A stretch of DNA of 64,000 nt from Betaproteobacteria bacterium HGW-Betaproteobacteria-22 (GCA_002842285.1 PHCJ01000015.1:278-64277), one strand, 5' to 3'. Positions 51,787 to 63,551 are shown, counted from the stretch's first letter. Program-made: numbers and translations. Notes: generated by a model not told the origin, from the letters alone.

Positions 51787-53553
51787 TTGATAGAAAAGCA
51801 TCAATTTGACGCAGTGGTCGTTGGCGGTGGCGGGGCGGGGCTTCGTGCTGCGCTCCAGCTAGCGGAGGCAGGTACGAAAGTTGCTGTGTTATCAAAGGTG
51901 TTCCCTACACGATCACATACGGTTGCTGCGCAAGGTGGAATTGCTGCCGCACTTGGCAATGTTTCTGGCGACAACTGGCTTTGGCATATGTATGACACCG
52001 TTAAGGGTTCTGATTATCTGGGCGATCAGGATGCGATTGAATTTATGTGTAAAAATGCCGCAAAGGCAATTATTGAACTTGAGCATTTTGGCATGCCGTT
52101 TGACCGCCTGGAAAATGGAAAGATCTTTCAGCGTCCCTTTGGTGGCATGACGCAAAGCTTTGGTGAAAAGCCGATTTCGCGTACTTGCGCGGTTGCAGAT
52201 AGAACGGGTCATGCCATGCTGCATACGCTGTATCAGCGTAATATTCAAGCTAATACAAAATTCCTTGTTGAATGGTTTGCACTTGATTTGATTCGTGATA
52301 GTGATGGCAATATATTAGGCGTTGTCGCTCTGGAAATTGAAACAGGTAATATTCATATTCTGCAGGCAAAAACAACACTGCTTGCAACAGGTGGTGCGGG
52401 TCGTATTTTTCAAGCCAGTACCAATGCTTATATTAATACCGGTGATGGGCTAGGCATGGCGTTACGTGCCGGGCTGCCATTGCAGGATATGGAGTTTTGG
52501 CAATTTCACCCAACAGGCGTGCTCAATGCGGGGGTGTTGATTACCGAGGGCGTTCGAGGTGAGGGCGGGTATCTGGTAAATTCTGAAGGTGAGCGTTTTA
52601 TGGAGCGCTATGCGCCTCAAGCGAAAGACTTGGCCAGCCGCGATGTGATTTCACGCGCAATCGCTACTGAAATCAAGGCCGGCCGCGGGGTAGGTAAACA
52701 TAAAGATGCGATTTATTTAAAACTGGACCATTTGGGTGGGGGTTTAATTAATCAGCGTTTACCGGGTATCCGTGAAATTGCCAAAACTTTTGCTAATGTT
52801 GATCCTGTTGTTGCGCCTATCCCTATTGCGCCAACCGCACATTACATGATGGGTGGGTTGCCAACAAACCTGGATGGTCAGGTAGTTGAGCCATCAGAAA
52901 ATGGCGAGAAAGCGGTTAAAGGTTTGTATGCAGTGGGTGAGTGTGCGTGCGTTTCAGTGCATGGTGCGAATCGTTTAGGGTCCAATTCCTTGCTTGATCT
53001 GGTTGTATTTGGTAAGGCAGCTGGCGATAAAATGGTCAGCGAGATCGCCTTAAGTCAAGTACATAAGCCATTGCCAGAAAATGTAGCAGAGATGACGCTG
53101 GCTCGTATCAACAGATTGGAAAGCAAGCAATCTGGCTTTCCAGGTGAGAGTGTGGCTGAAGTGGGGGCTGCTATGCGTAAAACCATGCAATCGCATTGCG
53201 GCGTGTTCAGATTCCCGGATTTGCTGGAAGCCGGGGTGCGCGCAATTGATGAAATTGCCGACCGTGCCAAATTCATTCAGATTAAAGATAAAAGCAAAGT
53301 ATTCAATACTGCACGTGTTGAAGCGCTGGAACTCGACAACTTGATAGAAGTTGCCGTAGCCACCATGCGTACAGCACATCATCGAAAAGAAAGCCGTGGT
53401 GCCCATGCAAGGCAAGATTTTCCTGAACGAGACGATGACAACTGGTTAAAGCATTCTCTTTACTATAAAAAAGACCATAAGCTAGTTTATAAGCCAGTGA
53501 GGCTGAAACCACAGACTGTGGATTCATTTATGCCGAAAGCCAGGATATATTGA
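51787..53553 (+). CDS. sdhA: Succinate dehydrogenase flavoprotein subunit
   Basis: [41 protein letters not shown]. Confidence 0.97.
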   Translation: MIEKHQFDAVVVGGGGAGLRAALQLAEAGTKVAVLSKVFPTRSHTVAAQGGIAAALGNVSGDNWLWHMYDTVKGSDYLGDQDAIEFMCKNAAKAIIELEHFGMPFDRLENGKIFQRPFGGMTQSFGEKPISRTCAVADRTGHAMLHTLYQRNIQANTKFLVEWFALDLIRDSDGNILGVVALEIETGNIHILQAKTTLLATGGAGRIFQASTNAYINTGDGLGMALRAGLPLQDMEFWQFHPTGVLNAGVLITEGVRGEGGYLVNSEGERFMERYAPQAKDLASRDVISRAIATEIKAGRGVGKHKDAIYLKLDHLGGGLINQRLPGIREIAKTFANVDPVVAPIPIAPTAHYMMGGLPTNLDGQVVEPSENGEKAVKGLYAVGECACVSVHGANRLGSNSLLDLVVFGKAAGDKMVSEIALSQVHKPLPENVAEMTLARINRLESKQSGFPGESVAEVGAAMRKTMQSHCGVFRFPDLLEAGVRAIDEIADRAKFIQIKDKSKVFNTARVEALELDNLIEVAVATMRTAHHRKESRGAHARQDFPERDDDNWLKHSLYYKKDHKLVYKPVRLKPQTVDSFMPKARIY

Positions 53554-54293
53554 TGATGAGGTTCTCTATTTACCGTTTCAACCCCGATGTGGATAAAAAG
53601 CCTTACATGCAAGATTATGAGGTTGAACTGCAGGAGGAAGATCAGATGTTGCTGGATGCACTGATTCGCATAAAAGAGCTAGATGATACGCTTTCGTTGC
53701 GCAAGTCATGCCGCGAGGGGGTCTGCGGTAGTGACGTCATGAATATCAATGGTAAAAATGGTTTAGCCTGTGTCACCAAGCTGGCTGATTTAAAGGAGCC
53801 AGTCGTGCTACGGCCCATGCGTGGGTTGCCCGTGATTCGTGATTTGGTTGTCGATATGACGCAGTTTTTTGAGCATTACAACTCGGTAAAACCTTATCTG
53901 ATCAATGATGACCCGTTGCCTGAAACTGAGAGGTTGCAGAGCCCGGAAGACCGCGCAAAGCTTGATGGTTTGTATGAATGTATCTTGTGTGGTGCATGCA
54001 CAACGGCTTGCCCTAGTTTCTGGTGGAATCCAGACACATTTGTTGGACCTGCGGGTTTGTTGCAGGCTTACCGATTTATAGTGGATTCACGAGATCAGGC
54101 AGAGACTGAGCGACTAGAAAATTTAGAAGATCCGGAGCGCCTGTATCGTTGCCACAATATTATGAGTTGTGTAGAAGCTTGCCCTAAAAAACTTAACCCC
54201 CAGGCCGCAATTGTGAAGATTAAGAAATTGAAAATTGAACGTGCAAAAGAGGGTAAGGCGGCAAAGAGCTTATTTTCAATCAAGGCACAGTGA
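53550..54293 (+). CDS. sdhB: Succinate dehydrogenase iron-sulfur subunit
   Basis: [34 protein letters not shown]. Confidence 0.97.
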   Translation: MMMRFSIYRFNPDVDKKPYMQDYEVELQEEDQMLLDALIRIKELDDTLSLRKSCREGVCGSDVMNINGKNGLACVTKLADLKEPVVLRPMRGLPVIRDLVVDMTQFFEHYNSVKPYLINDDPLPETERLQSPEDRAKLDGLYECILCGACTTACPSFWWNPDTFVGPAGLLQAYRFIVDSRDQAETERLENLEDPERLYRCHNIMSCVEACPKKLNPQAAIVKIKKLKIERAKEGKAAKSLFSIKAQ

Positions 54294-54595
54294 AAGACTT
54301 TAATTTGATAGATGCTGATGATTTTCGAAAAGCAGAGCAAAGGCGCTTAGCTTGGCGTTGCAGAAGAGGCATGCTGGAGCTTGATATTGTGCTGCAAGCT
54401 TTTGTTAGGCAGCATTTTGATACGCTTGATATGGAGCAGTTGCATGTATTTGATGCAATGTTAGCATTAGCGGATAATGATTTTTGGGCATTAATTAACA
54501 AGTCTGATAATATCGAAAGCGGTGGGGAGCTCAACATGGATGCAACGATCGCGTTGATTGAAAAAATCAAATCTTTTCGACTTATAGGTGGGTAA
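54290..54595 (+). CDS. sdhE: FAD assembly factor SdhE
   Basis: RLAWRCRRGMLELD motif. Confidence 0.92.
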   Translation: MKDFNLIDADDFRKAEQRRLAWRCRRGMLELDIVLQAFVRQHFDTLDMEQLHVFDAMLALADNDFWALINKSDNIESGGELNMDATIALIEKIKSFRLIGG

Positions 54596-54887
54596 TTATC
54601 TTATTGAAAAGCGGAATAAGTAGTAGCGCGGAATGAAGTGCTCCCATATTGAGCATATCAGTGGAATATGTGATTTACAAAAAACGCGCAACGATGCACT
54701 CCGTCCATACAGGTAAGCATGAACTCAGATTTTTCATTAGGCGATTTTACATCTGCTTGAGTGCCAACTTGTTAGCTTTAGTGTTGATTGTCAGCCGCTG
54801 GCAAGTCCTAATGAAAAATCTTGAAAATCTTGGATGAAGTGTTTTATTAATATTTTAAGTGTGGTAATCATCAGTCAATTCAACATA

Positions 54888-56411
54888 ATGAACATCATCA
54901 AACAACAAGATTTTATCCAAAGCATTGCAGATGCCTTACAGTATATTTCCTATTACCATCCTGTAGATTATATAAAAGCATTGGGTGAGGCTTATCAGCT
55001 TGAGGCGTCACCTGCGGCAAAAGACGCCATCGCGCAGATTTTAACCAACTCGCGCATGTGTGCGGAGGGTAAGCGCCCGCTCTGTCAGGATACAGGGATT
55101 GTGGTCGCTTTTGTCAAAGTGGGTATGCAGGTGCAGTTTGAGGCAGAGCTTGGTCTGGAAGAAATGGTAAACGAAGGCGTCAGACGAGCCTATTCGCTAC
55201 CGGAAAACAAATTACGCGCCTCAATTGTGAGCGATCCTGCAGGCAGGCGTTTAAACACCCGGGATAACACACCTGCCGTGGTGCATGTTTCTCTTGTGCC
55301 GGGTGACAAAGTTGAAGTGAGCATTGCCGCAAAGGGCGGCGGTTCTGAAAATAAAGCCAAGCTTGCAATGCTGAACCCGAATGACAGTATCGTTGATTGG
55401 ATACTTGAAGTTGTACCTACCATGGGCGCTGGCTGGTGTCCGCCAGGGATGCTGGGTATTGGCATAGGTGGCACGGCTGAAAAAGCCGTGTTGCTGGCAA
55501 AGGAGTCATTGATGGCGCCGATTGATATACAGACACTCAGGCAGCGCGGTACGCAAAACCGGCTTGAAGAGTTACGGCTTGAAATCTACGAAAAAGTTAA
55601 TCGTCTTGGCATTGGTGCGCAGGGTCTGGGTGGCTTGGCAACCGTGCTGGATGTAAAGATTCTCGACTACCCCACACATGCTGCAAGCTTGCCTGTAGCT
55701 GTTATCCCAAACTGTGCGGCTACGCGTCATGTGCATTTTGAGCTCTGTGGTGCTGGTGCTGCAACGTTCGAGGCGCCTGATTTAAAAGACTGGCCGGATG
55801 TGCATTGGGCGCCTGATGCGCAGTCGTTAAGTGTGAACCTGAATACTCTTACGCAAAAAGACATTCAGTTCTGGCAGCCGGGCCAGACCTTGCTGTTGAG
55901 TGGCAAGTTGCTGACGGGGCGCGATGCTGCGCATAAGCGCATGGCAGCCATGCTGCAAAAAGGTGAAAAACTGCCGATTGACTTCACCAACCGTTTTATT
56001 TACTACGTTGGTCCTGTAGATGCAGTGGGCAGTGAAGCTGTTGGTCCGGCCGGGCCTACCACCGCAACGCGCATGGATGACTACACTGAGCTGATGTTAA
56101 GTCAAACGGGTCTGCTTGGGATGATAGGCAAAGCAGAACGTGGTGACGCCACAATCAGCAGTATCGCCAGGCATCACTCGGTGTATTTGACGGCCGTCGG
56201 TGGCGCGGCTTATTTAGTCAGTAAAGCCATAAAAAAAGCAGAAGTAGTCGCTTTTGCAGATTTAGGCATGGAGGCTATTTATGAATTCACGGTCGAGAAT
56301 ATGCCTGTTACCGTTGCGGTTGATAGCCGTGGTCACTCGGTGCACCAATCCGGGCCTGTCGAATGGAAGCAGAAAATCGCCCAAACAATATTGTTGCGCT
56401 CTGTGCCTTAG
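54888..56411 (+). CDS. fumA: Class I fumarate hydratase
   Basis: RPLCQDTG, KGGGSEN, GPTTATRMD; ATG at 54888. Confidence 0.92.
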   Translation: MNIIKQQDFIQSIADALQYISYYHPVDYIKALGEAYQLEASPAAKDAIAQILTNSRMCAEGKRPLCQDTGIVVAFVKVGMQVQFEAELGLEEMVNEGVRRAYSLPENKLRASIVSDPAGRRLNTRDNTPAVVHVSLVPGDKVEVSIAAKGGGSENKAKLAMLNPNDSIVDWILEVVPTMGAGWCPPGMLGIGIGGTAEKAVLLAKESLMAPIDIQTLRQRGTQNRLEELRLEIYEKVNRLGIGAQGLGGLATVLDVKILDYPTHAASLPVAVIPNCAATRHVHFELCGAGAATFEAPDLKDWPDVHWAPDAQSLSVNLNTLTQKDIQFWQPGQTLLLSGKLLTGRDAAHKRMAAMLQKGEKLPIDFTNRFIYYVGPVDAVGSEAVGPAGPTTATRMDDYTELMLSQTGLLGMIGKAERGDATISSIARHHSVYLTAVGGAAYLVSKAIKKAEVVAFADLGMEAIYEFTVENMPVTVAVDSRGHSVHQSGPVEWKQKIAQTILLRSVP

Positions 56412-56494
56412 GTCACATAATAGTTGAATTTTTTACTATACTATTATTTAAACAGTTAATTAGCTGATTAGGTGCATTGCAAAGGGCTGAAATA

Positions 56495-56797
56495 ATGAAT
56501 ATTTTGAAAGCGTTAAAATTTTCACTGCCGCTATTCATGCTGATGGGCGCACATGCGCATGCGCTTACGGTGCTGGATGTGTTAACCGACGCACAGGGAA
56601 AATACACAGGCCCCAGCGTCGAAGAGAATATCGTGAGTATGGACACCGATAAAAACGGCTTTGCAGATGCTAGTGAGGTGCGTGCATTTTTAGAGCAAAA
56701 GCACGGTAAAGGCTACGAAAGCGCATTGCTGGAAAAGTTTGAAGCCTCAGTAAATGGCACTAGCTGCAATACGCCTTTTGCCAATAAACTCTATTAG
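56495..56797 (+). CDS. Small secreted EF-hand protein
   Basis: Signal peptide ending AHA; canonical loop DTDKNGFADASE. Confidence 0.7.
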   Translation: MNILKALKFSLPLFMLMGAHAHALTVLDVLTDAQGKYTGPSVEENIVSMDTDKNGFADASEVRAFLEQKHGKGYESALLEKFEASVNGTSCNTPFANKLY

Positions 56798-57048
56798 TTT
56801 ATGTGAGTAATTTACTAGGGAAATATGGAGGTTAGTCTTCGAGCGGGATGGAGCAGACCTTGTAGTGGGCATGTCACTGGAATATATGACCTTGGTTGTT
56901 AAGCTGATATATTAGCGGGGTTGTTCAGCAACAGTTCTAGGTGATGCCGTAACCAAAAAGCCCCACGTAACCTAGCAATTCACTCGCATATGTACTTATT
57001 CCGTGTTTTTCTTTGGTAATTATCGGTAATAGTTTATCGCCTTCAGTG

Positions 57049-57077
57049 TTAAGCGCTTGGTCTAGCTGGTTTATAAT
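57049..57077 (+). promoter_or_regulatory. Possible acnB promoter (TTAAGC-17-TATAAT)
   Basis: Perfect -10 and weak -35, 44 bp upstream of the acnB start. Confidence 0.45.
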
Positions 57078-57121
57078 AGCAATTATTTATTTAAAACTCT
57101 TTTAGAAGACCAGATTCCGTT

Positions 57122-59716
57122 ATGCTAAATGCTTATGCCAAACACGTAGAAGAACGTGCATCACTTCAACTTCCCCCATTGCCTTTAACCGCCGAGCAAG
57201 TCGCGCAGTTGGTAGAGTTATTTAAAAATCCGCCAGCAGGCGAAGAGGCAACAATACTTAATTTGCTTGAAAATCGTGTGCCTGCAGGGGTGGATCAGGC
57301 GGCCTATGTTAAGGCCGCGTTTTTATCTGATATCGCCAACGGTAAGGCAAGTTCACCTTTGTTAAGTGCAGAAAAAGCCGTGCAGTTACTTGGCACGATG
57401 CTGGGTGGTTACAATGTGCAGGCTTTGGTGGCACTGCTGGACTTGTCTGAGTTACACCCTTCGGTAGCTGATGCAGCTGTTGTTGCATTATCACGCACCA
57501 TTCTGATGTTTGACGCATTTCATGATGTAGACGAAAAGATGAAAGCGGGCAACCTGCACGCAAAAAAACTGATGGCATCATGGGCGAATGCAGAGTGGTT
57601 TACCAATGCACCTGTGCTGGCTGATGAAATTAAAGTGGTGGTGTTTAAGGTAGATGGTGAAACCAACACTGACGATTTAAGCCCTGCACAAGAAGCCTGG
57701 AGCCGTCCAGATATCCCGCAACATGCCAAGGCGATGCTGGTAAGTAAAATACCGCATGGGTTGGAAACCATCGAAACCCTGAAACAAAAAGGCCTGCCAC
57801 TGGCTTATGTAGGAGATGTGGTGGGCACCGGCTCATCACGCAAATCAGCCATTAATTCAGTGCAGTGGCATATGGGTAATGATATTCCCAACATCCCCAA
57901 CAAACGTACAGGCGGCGTGATTTTAGGCACCAAAATTGCACCTATCTTTTTTAACACCGCAGAAGACTCAGGCGCATTGCCGATTCAATGTGACGTATCC
58001 GGAATGCACACGGGTGATGTGATTACAATTAAACCTTATGCGGGCGAGGTGCTCAACGAGCAGGGCGAGGTGATTGCCAAATTTGATCTGGCGCCCTTGA
58101 CCATTCCTGATGAAGTGCGCGCGGGTGGGCGTATTCCTTTGATTATCGGGCGTGGCTTGACTGCCAACGCACGTAATGCATTAGGCCTGCCTGCTACTGA
58201 TTTGTTTATTAAAGCGGCTGTGCCAAAAGAAACAGGCCGTGGCTATACACTGGCACAGAAAATGGTAGGCAAAGCTTGTGGTGTTGCGGGTGTACGTCCT
58301 GGCACATACTGTGAGCCCAAAGCCACCACCGTTGGATCTCAGGATACCACTGGCGGTATGACGCGAGACGAGCTCAAAGAATTGGCCTGTCTGGGCTTCA
58401 GCGCAGATTTAGTGATGCAGAGTTTTTGTCACACTGCGGCATATCCCAAGCCTGTGGATATTAAATTGCAGCACACATTGCCTGAATTCATATCAAGCCG
58501 TGGCGGTGTAAGTTTACGCCCGGGTGATGGTGTTATTCACTCATGGTTAAACCGCATGGTATTACCTGATACCGTAGGTACAGGTGGTGATTCACATACC
58601 CGTTTCCCGATTGGCATCTCTTTTCCTGCCGGCTCAGGCCTGGTGGCATTTGCCGCAGCTATGGGCGTGATGCCGCTGGATATGCCTGAATCAGTATTGG
58701 TGCGCTTCAAAGGCACTATGCAGCCTGGCATTACATTACGTGATTTGGTGAACGCGATTCCTTATGCGGCAATTCAGGAAGGCACGCTCACGGTGGGCAA
58801 GCAGGGCAAGAAAAACGTATTTAACGGCCGCATTCTTGAAATCGAAGGCTTGCCGGACTTGAAAGTAGAACAGGCATTTGAGTTTGCCGATGCTTCGGCT
58901 GAGCGTTCAGCCAATGGCTGCACGGTGAAGCTGAATAAAGAACCTGTAATTGAGTTTTTGAATTCCAACATTGTGCTCTTGCAAAACATGATCGATAACG
59001 GCTATCAGGATGCGCGCACCTTGCAGCGCCGGATTGAAAACATGCAGGCCTGGCTGGCTAAACCTGAACTGCTTGAAGCCGATGTGGATGCAGAATATGC
59101 ACATGTGATTGAGATCAATCTCAATACCATTACAGAGCCATTGGTGGCGTGCCCGAATGATCCGGACGACATCAAGCCGCTTTCAGCCGTGGTGGGTGAC
59201 AAAATAGATGAGGTCTTTATCGGTAGTTGCATGACCAATATCGGTCACTACCGCGCAGCAGCTAAAGTGCTGGAGGGCTCAGGTAATATCCCAACCCGTT
59301 TGTGGATTGCCCCGCCAACGCGCATGGATGAAGCGCAATTGCGTGATGAAGGCGTGTATTCAACGTTTGGCGTGGCGGGTGCGCGCACTGAAATTCCGGG
59401 TTGTTCGCTGTGCATGGGCAATCAGGCGCGTGTGGCGGATAAAGCCACCGTGTTTTCAACCAGTACGCGTAACTTTGATAACCGTATGGGTAAAGATGCG
59501 CGCGTGTATTTGGGTTCTGCAGAATTGGCGGCGGTGTGTGCAAAGTTGGGTCGTATGCCAACGCATACTGAATACCTGGAAACTGTTGGCAATAAACTGG
59601 CTAATACAGCAGAGATTTATAAATATCTGAATTTTGATCAAATGACTGAATATCAATCAGCGTTGGATGCGCTCAGCAGCGGTAAGAAAGTGATTCCTAT
59701 CGCAGAGGTGCTTTAA
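57122..59716 (+). CDS. acnB: Aconitate hydratase 2 / 2-methylisocitrate dehydratase
   Basis: [49 protein letters not shown]. Confidence 0.97.
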   Translation: MLNAYAKHVEERASLQLPPLPLTAEQVAQLVELFKNPPAGEEATILNLLENRVPAGVDQAAYVKAAFLSDIANGKASSPLLSAEKAVQLLGTMLGGYNVQALVALLDLSELHPSVADAAVVALSRTILMFDAFHDVDEKMKAGNLHAKKLMASWANAEWFTNAPVLADEIKVVVFKVDGETNTDDLSPAQEAWSRPDIPQHAKAMLVSKIPHGLETIETLKQKGLPLAYVGDVVGTGSSRKSAINSVQWHMGNDIPNIPNKRTGGVILGTKIAPIFFNTAEDSGALPIQCDVSGMHTGDVITIKPYAGEVLNEQGEVIAKFDLAPLTIPDEVRAGGRIPLIIGRGLTANARNALGLPATDLFIKAAVPKETGRGYTLAQKMVGKACGVAGVRPGTYCEPKATTVGSQDTTGGMTRDELKELACLGFSADLVMQSFCHTAAYPKPVDIKLQHTLPEFISSRGGVSLRPGDGVIHSWLNRMVLPDTVGTGGDSHTRFPIGISFPAGSGLVAFAAAMGVMPLDMPESVLVRFKGTMQPGITLRDLVNAIPYAAIQEGTLTVGKQGKKNVFNGRILEIEGLPDLKVEQAFEFADASAERSANGCTVKLNKEPVIEFLNSNIVLLQNMIDNGYQDARTLQRRIENMQAWLAKPELLEADVDAEYAHVIEINLNTITEPLVACPNDPDDIKPLSAVVGDKIDEVFIGSCMTNIGHYRAAAKVLEGSGNIPTRLWIAPPTRMDEAQLRDEGVYSTFGVAGARTEIPGCSLCMGNQARVADKATVFSTSTRNFDNRMGKDARVYLGSAELAAVCAKLGRMPTHTEYLETVGNKLANTAEIYKYLNFDQMTEYQSALDALSSGKKVIPIAEVL

Positions 59717-59725
59717 GCAAGCCTG

Positions 59726-60148
59726 ATGCCGACTAGCGCACCAGAACGCCAGGTTGAACTTTTTACTGAGCATGACATGCAGCCGCCTATGCGCGGCGCT
59801 TGGAAGCTGATGTTACCCTTGGTCATCGTGTTGCTGGCTGTGTTTTATGCAGCCTGGCATTTTGGCTGGCATACGGAGGCAGTGGGGGCAGGTGTCATAT
59901 TGTTGGCGTTTGTCACTAAGTTATTTATCTGGCTGTTAGGCGTGATTGCGCTGGTGCCCGTGATCGGTCCGATCATTGTGAAAGTGCTGAGCCTCTCGGT
60001 GATTTGGCTGCTGAATGCTGTAGGCTATATTGTGTCCATCGTTGCCATCAAGCGCGGTTATTCTAAGGATGTGCTGACCTATCGCGGACTGACGCTGGCG
60101 TTGATTATTGGTATTGTCATCGGCTATGTCATTGGGCATTTTGTGTAA
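59726..60148 (+). CDS. Hypothetical membrane protein
   Basis: 140-aa hydrophobic ORF tightly linked to acnB and the next gene. Confidence 0.65.
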   Translation: MPTSAPERQVELFTEHDMQPPMRGAWKLMLPLVIVLLAVFYAAWHFGWHTEAVGAGVILLAFVTKLFIWLLGVIALVPVIGPIIVKVLSLSVIWLLNAVGYIVSIVAIKRGYSKDVLTYRGLTLALIIGIVIGYVIGHFV

Positions 60149-60154
60149 CTGGGT

Positions 60155-61255
60155 ATGACCAAGTTGCAGTTGGATCAAATTTCATGGTTGGAAAAATGCA
60201 CGCATCACGTGCGTAAAGCTGGAGATTACTTACCTGCAGTTTTCTTTTTTTCCGGTTTTATATGGGACGCTCTGACCATAGGCCGCAATGTCAACGGCTT
60301 GGACTTGTTGATTTTTGCGGTCTATCTGCTGCTCGCCGCACTCATTTTGTTTTTTATTGCGCGACCCATACCGCTTGAAAATAACACCAATAAGCTAGTT
60401 GTTCTTTTTAGAAAACACTATGCGCCGCGTTTTCCTTATTTTGTACTGCAATTTCTGTTTGGCAGCTTGTTCAGCGCGCTGTTCATTCTGTATTTCAAGA
60501 GCTCCAGCCACTGGCTGGCATGGCTGATGTCACTGGGTTTGGGTGTGCTGCTGGTGGCCAATGAGTTTTTAGAAAGCCAGTATAAGCGCTTTACCCTAAG
60601 CTGGGCCATGTTCGGCTTGTGTGCCATGCTGTTGTTTAACTTTGCCTTGCCTTTTTTAATCGGCAGCATACACGCAGTATGGTTTTACCTGAGCACGCTG
60701 ATGGGGGCGGCGCTGGCTTACTGGCTATATAAAAACACGCCGCAACATTTTGGCAGCATTCAGCCTGTGGGCTGGCTGGCAGGGTTGTTAATGCTGGCGT
60801 ATCTCGTGGATATGATTCCGCCCGTGCCACTTGTCAAACGCGAGGTGACAGTGGCTTACACGATTGATAAAGTAGGGCGCGATTATTTGCTTACGCAACA
60901 AGCGGCAGAGTGGTGGCGCTTTTGGCGTGCAAGCAGTGATGCGTTAAAACTATTGCCTGGTCAGCGTGCCTATTGTTTTTCTTCCGTATTTGCGCCTGCT
61001 GGCCTAAAAACCAGGCTTTATCATCGTTGGGAGCACTATGAGCAAAAGCAGGGCTGGAAAACGCAATCCAGAATCGGGTTTGATGTGTCCGGCGGGCGTA
61101 ACGATGGTTTTAGAGGCTACACTTATAAACAGAATCTGACGGTAGGGGACTGGCGCGTGCGCGTGGAAACTGAAAACGAGAAAACCATAACGGTGTACAG
61201 ATTTTCTGTAGCGCAAGCAAACGTAGCACCTGTCACGGTGCTGCGTCATTACTAA
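60155..61255 (+). CDS. Membrane protein with C-terminal DUF2914-like domain
   Basis: Multi-TM N-terminus; VFAPAGL...YHRW...GGRNDGFRGYTYK...GDWRVRVET. Confidence 0.75.
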   Translation: MTKLQLDQISWLEKCTHHVRKAGDYLPAVFFFSGFIWDALTIGRNVNGLDLLIFAVYLLLAALILFFIARPIPLENNTNKLVVLFRKHYAPRFPYFVLQFLFGSLFSALFILYFKSSSHWLAWLMSLGLGVLLVANEFLESQYKRFTLSWAMFGLCAMLLFNFALPFLIGSIHAVWFYLSTLMGAALAYWLYKNTPQHFGSIQPVGWLAGLLMLAYLVDMIPPVPLVKREVTVAYTIDKVGRDYLLTQQAAEWWRFWRASSDALKLLPGQRAYCFSSVFAPAGLKTRLYHRWEHYEQKQGWKTQSRIGFDVSGGRNDGFRGYTYKQNLTVGDWRVRVETENEKTITVYRFSVAQANVAPVTVLRHY

Positions 61256-61261
61256 AGTTAA

Positions 61262-61807
61262 TTAATGTTCTGCCTGTGTAGAATGCGACATGAGTTTGTC
61301 GATGTAAGCTATTGCAATCGCGGATAATACGAATGTCATGTGAATCACTGTTTGCCAAATCAGCACTTTATCAGAGAGGTTTTCCGCATTGATAAATGTC
61401 TTGAGCAGATGAATCGATGAAATGCCAATAATTGCAGTCGCGAGTTTTACTTTTAACAAGTTGGCATTCACATGGGAGAGCCAGTCGGGCTCGTCTGGGT
61501 GACCTTCCAGGTTCAGGCGTGAAACAAAGGTTTCATAGCCGCCCACAATCACCATAATCAGCAGGTTTGAAATCATCACCACATCAATCAGTCCCAACAC
61601 AATTAGCATGATGTCGGCTTCTTTGATGCTGCTGGCCGTGGTCACCAAATGCACCAACTCTACCCCGAAAAAGAATACATAAACCGCTTGGGCGACGATT
61701 AGGCCAAGGTAGAGGGGTAATTGTAGCCAGCGACTGCCAAACAGGATATTGGTCATGATGCTGCCTTGTTTGCGTTCTGAAACTGTCGTTTGTTTTTTTA
61801 CTGCCAT
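61262..61807 (-). CDS. UPF0114/TIGR00645 (YqhA-like) membrane protein
   Basis: SRWLQLPLYLGL, LIDVVMISNLL, GGYETFVS, SSIHLLKTF. Confidence 0.85.
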   Translation of the reverse strand: MAVKKQTTVSERKQGSIMTNILFGSRWLQLPLYLGLIVAQAVYVFFFGVELVHLVTTASSIKEADIMLIVLGLIDVVMISNLLIMVIVGGYETFVSRLNLEGHPDEPDWLSHVNANLLKVKLATAIIGISSIHLLKTFINAENLSDKVLIWQTVIHMTFVLSAIAIAYIDKLMSHSTQAEH

Positions 61808-61863
61808 TTTAAAAACCTTTTTGTAAATTTTGCGTATTGTATCAGCTAGACATGAGATTTTGC

Positions 61864-62706
61864 TTAGGCGATTTTATAATCCAGCGTAAAACTTGCCGTA
61901 TTGTCCAAAGCCAGAAAACGCGTCAATATCGGCATGGTTTCTGTCAGTGTTTTGGGTAGTGTCCAGGGCGGGTTGATAATAAACAAGCCGCTGCCATGCA
62001 TGCCAAAGCCTTCGGCAGAAGGGGCGTGGATGTTCAGGCTAACATGTAGCCAGTCCGGCACATTCAGGTGCATGAGATTTCCTATCATTTCCGCAGGTTC
62101 CGGGCGTTGCAGGATAGGGTACCACACGATATAAGTGCCGGTAGCAAAACGTTTTAAACTGTCTTTTATCATTTCAACCACATATTGATAGTCATGCTTG
62201 TCTTCGTATGGCGGGTCTATCAGTACTACTGCGCGCCGTGTAGGCGGCGGCAGGCAGGCCTTGATGCCATTAAAGCCATCCTGCATTTCAGTTTTAACCT
62301 GGCGACCATAACTTTCAAAGTTTGCGTGTAACAGTTTGCAGTCGTTAGGATGCAGCTCAAATAAACGCATTTTGTCATCATGGCGCAAATAATGCGCTGC
62401 AATCTTGGGGGAGCCTGGGTATAGGCTAAGCGATCCGTCATTAAAAGATTGAATCAGTGCGACATAATCTACTAATAATTCAGGTAAATTTTTAGCATGG
62501 ATGAGCTTGCTCACACCATTTTCAAACTCAGCATTCTGTGTGGCGTAGCCTTCGGTTAGCTGATACATGCCAGCCCCTGCATGGGTGTCGATATACCAAA
62601 ATGGTTTATTTTTTTGCACAGTGTGGGCGAGCACCTGGCTTAACACGTAGTGTTTCAGCACATCAGCATGGTTGCCCGCATGAAAAGCGTGACGATAACT
62701 CAACAT
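61864..62706 (-). CDS. rlmJ: 23S rRNA m6A2030 methyltransferase
   Basis: MLSYRHAFHAGNHADVLKH, DTHAGAG, IDPPYE. Confidence 0.95.
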   Translation of the reverse strand: MLSYRHAFHAGNHADVLKHYVLSQVLAHTVQKNKPFWYIDTHAGAGMYQLTEGYATQNAEFENGVSKLIHAKNLPELLVDYVALIQSFNDGSLSLYPGSPKIAAHYLRHDDKMRLFELHPNDCKLLHANFESYGRQVKTEMQDGFNGIKACLPPPTRRAVVLIDPPYEDKHDYQYVVEMIKDSLKRFATGTYIVWYPILQRPEPAEMIGNLMHLNVPDWLHVSLNIHAPSAEGFGMHGSGLFIINPPWTLPKTLTETMPILTRFLALDNTASFTLDYKIA

Positions 62707-62770
62707 AAAATCAGCATAAAAATAAATACAGGTGCACATTATCCTACATTTTTAGGTTAGCATTTCACCT

Positions 62771-63451
62771 ATGAGCTTAATACATGTCAATGCACCGCAC
62801 ACCAATCACGACCACGACCACGACAAAGATGATCACGATCACTATCTCATACCATTTTCACTGATTTTCATTTTTGCGATTGTTGAAGCTGTTGGCAGCT
62901 GGTACACCGGTTCGCTGGCACTATTAAGCGATGCAGGTCATATGTTCTCAGATGTGGCCGCGCTGGGCTTGGCCTGGATGGCGGTGGTGATGGCAAAAAA
63001 GCCGAATATCAAACGACATGCGTCTGGCGTGAGTTATGTGGAACTGACGGTTTCTATCATCAATGCTGCCACCATGCTGCTGGTGATTGTATTTGTAATG
63101 ATTGAAGCGCTTGACCGGTTTGCCCATCCGCATCATGTGCAGGGGCTGGGCTTGACGATTATTGCCACGTTAGGCCTGATTGTGAATCTGATTGTAGCTA
63201 AACAGTTACATCATCAGGCGGAACATCATGGCGAGAGCCTGAATAATCATGCGGCATTCCTGCACGTGTTGGGAGATCTGTTAGGGTCTGTTGCTGCGGT
63301 TGCTGCTGGCGTTATTATCTACTTTACAGGCTGGATGCTCATAGACCCGATACTTTCGCTTTTTATTTCGTTGCTGCTGCTGTTGCTGACCTTTAACCTG
63401 ATTCGGAAGATTTGGCACACCCTGCAACACAAGGACGTTGTAAAAATATAA
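62771..63451 (+). CDS. Cation diffusion facilitator (CzcD/ZitB-like), no cytosolic C-terminal domain
   Basis: His/Asp-rich N-terminus; SLALLSDAGHM and LHVLGDLLGS metal-site helices; ends just after the last TM. Confidence 0.85.
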   Translation: MSLIHVNAPHTNHDHDHDKDDHDHYLIPFSLIFIFAIVEAVGSWYTGSLALLSDAGHMFSDVAALGLAWMAVVMAKKPNIKRHASGVSYVELTVSIINAATMLLVIVFVMIEALDRFAHPHHVQGLGLTIIATLGLIVNLIVAKQLHHQAEHHGESLNNHAAFLHVLGDLLGSVAAVAAGVIIYFTGWMLIDPILSLFISLLLLLLTFNLIRKIWHTLQHKDVVKI

Positions 63452-63551
63452 CCGTTGTAAAGGCGTAGAGTATGGCGGTTATGGAGGTGCGGAATCAAGT
63501 GTCAGCGTTGCTGGCATGATGGTTGTGAATGTTAACTAAGGAGAATATAAA

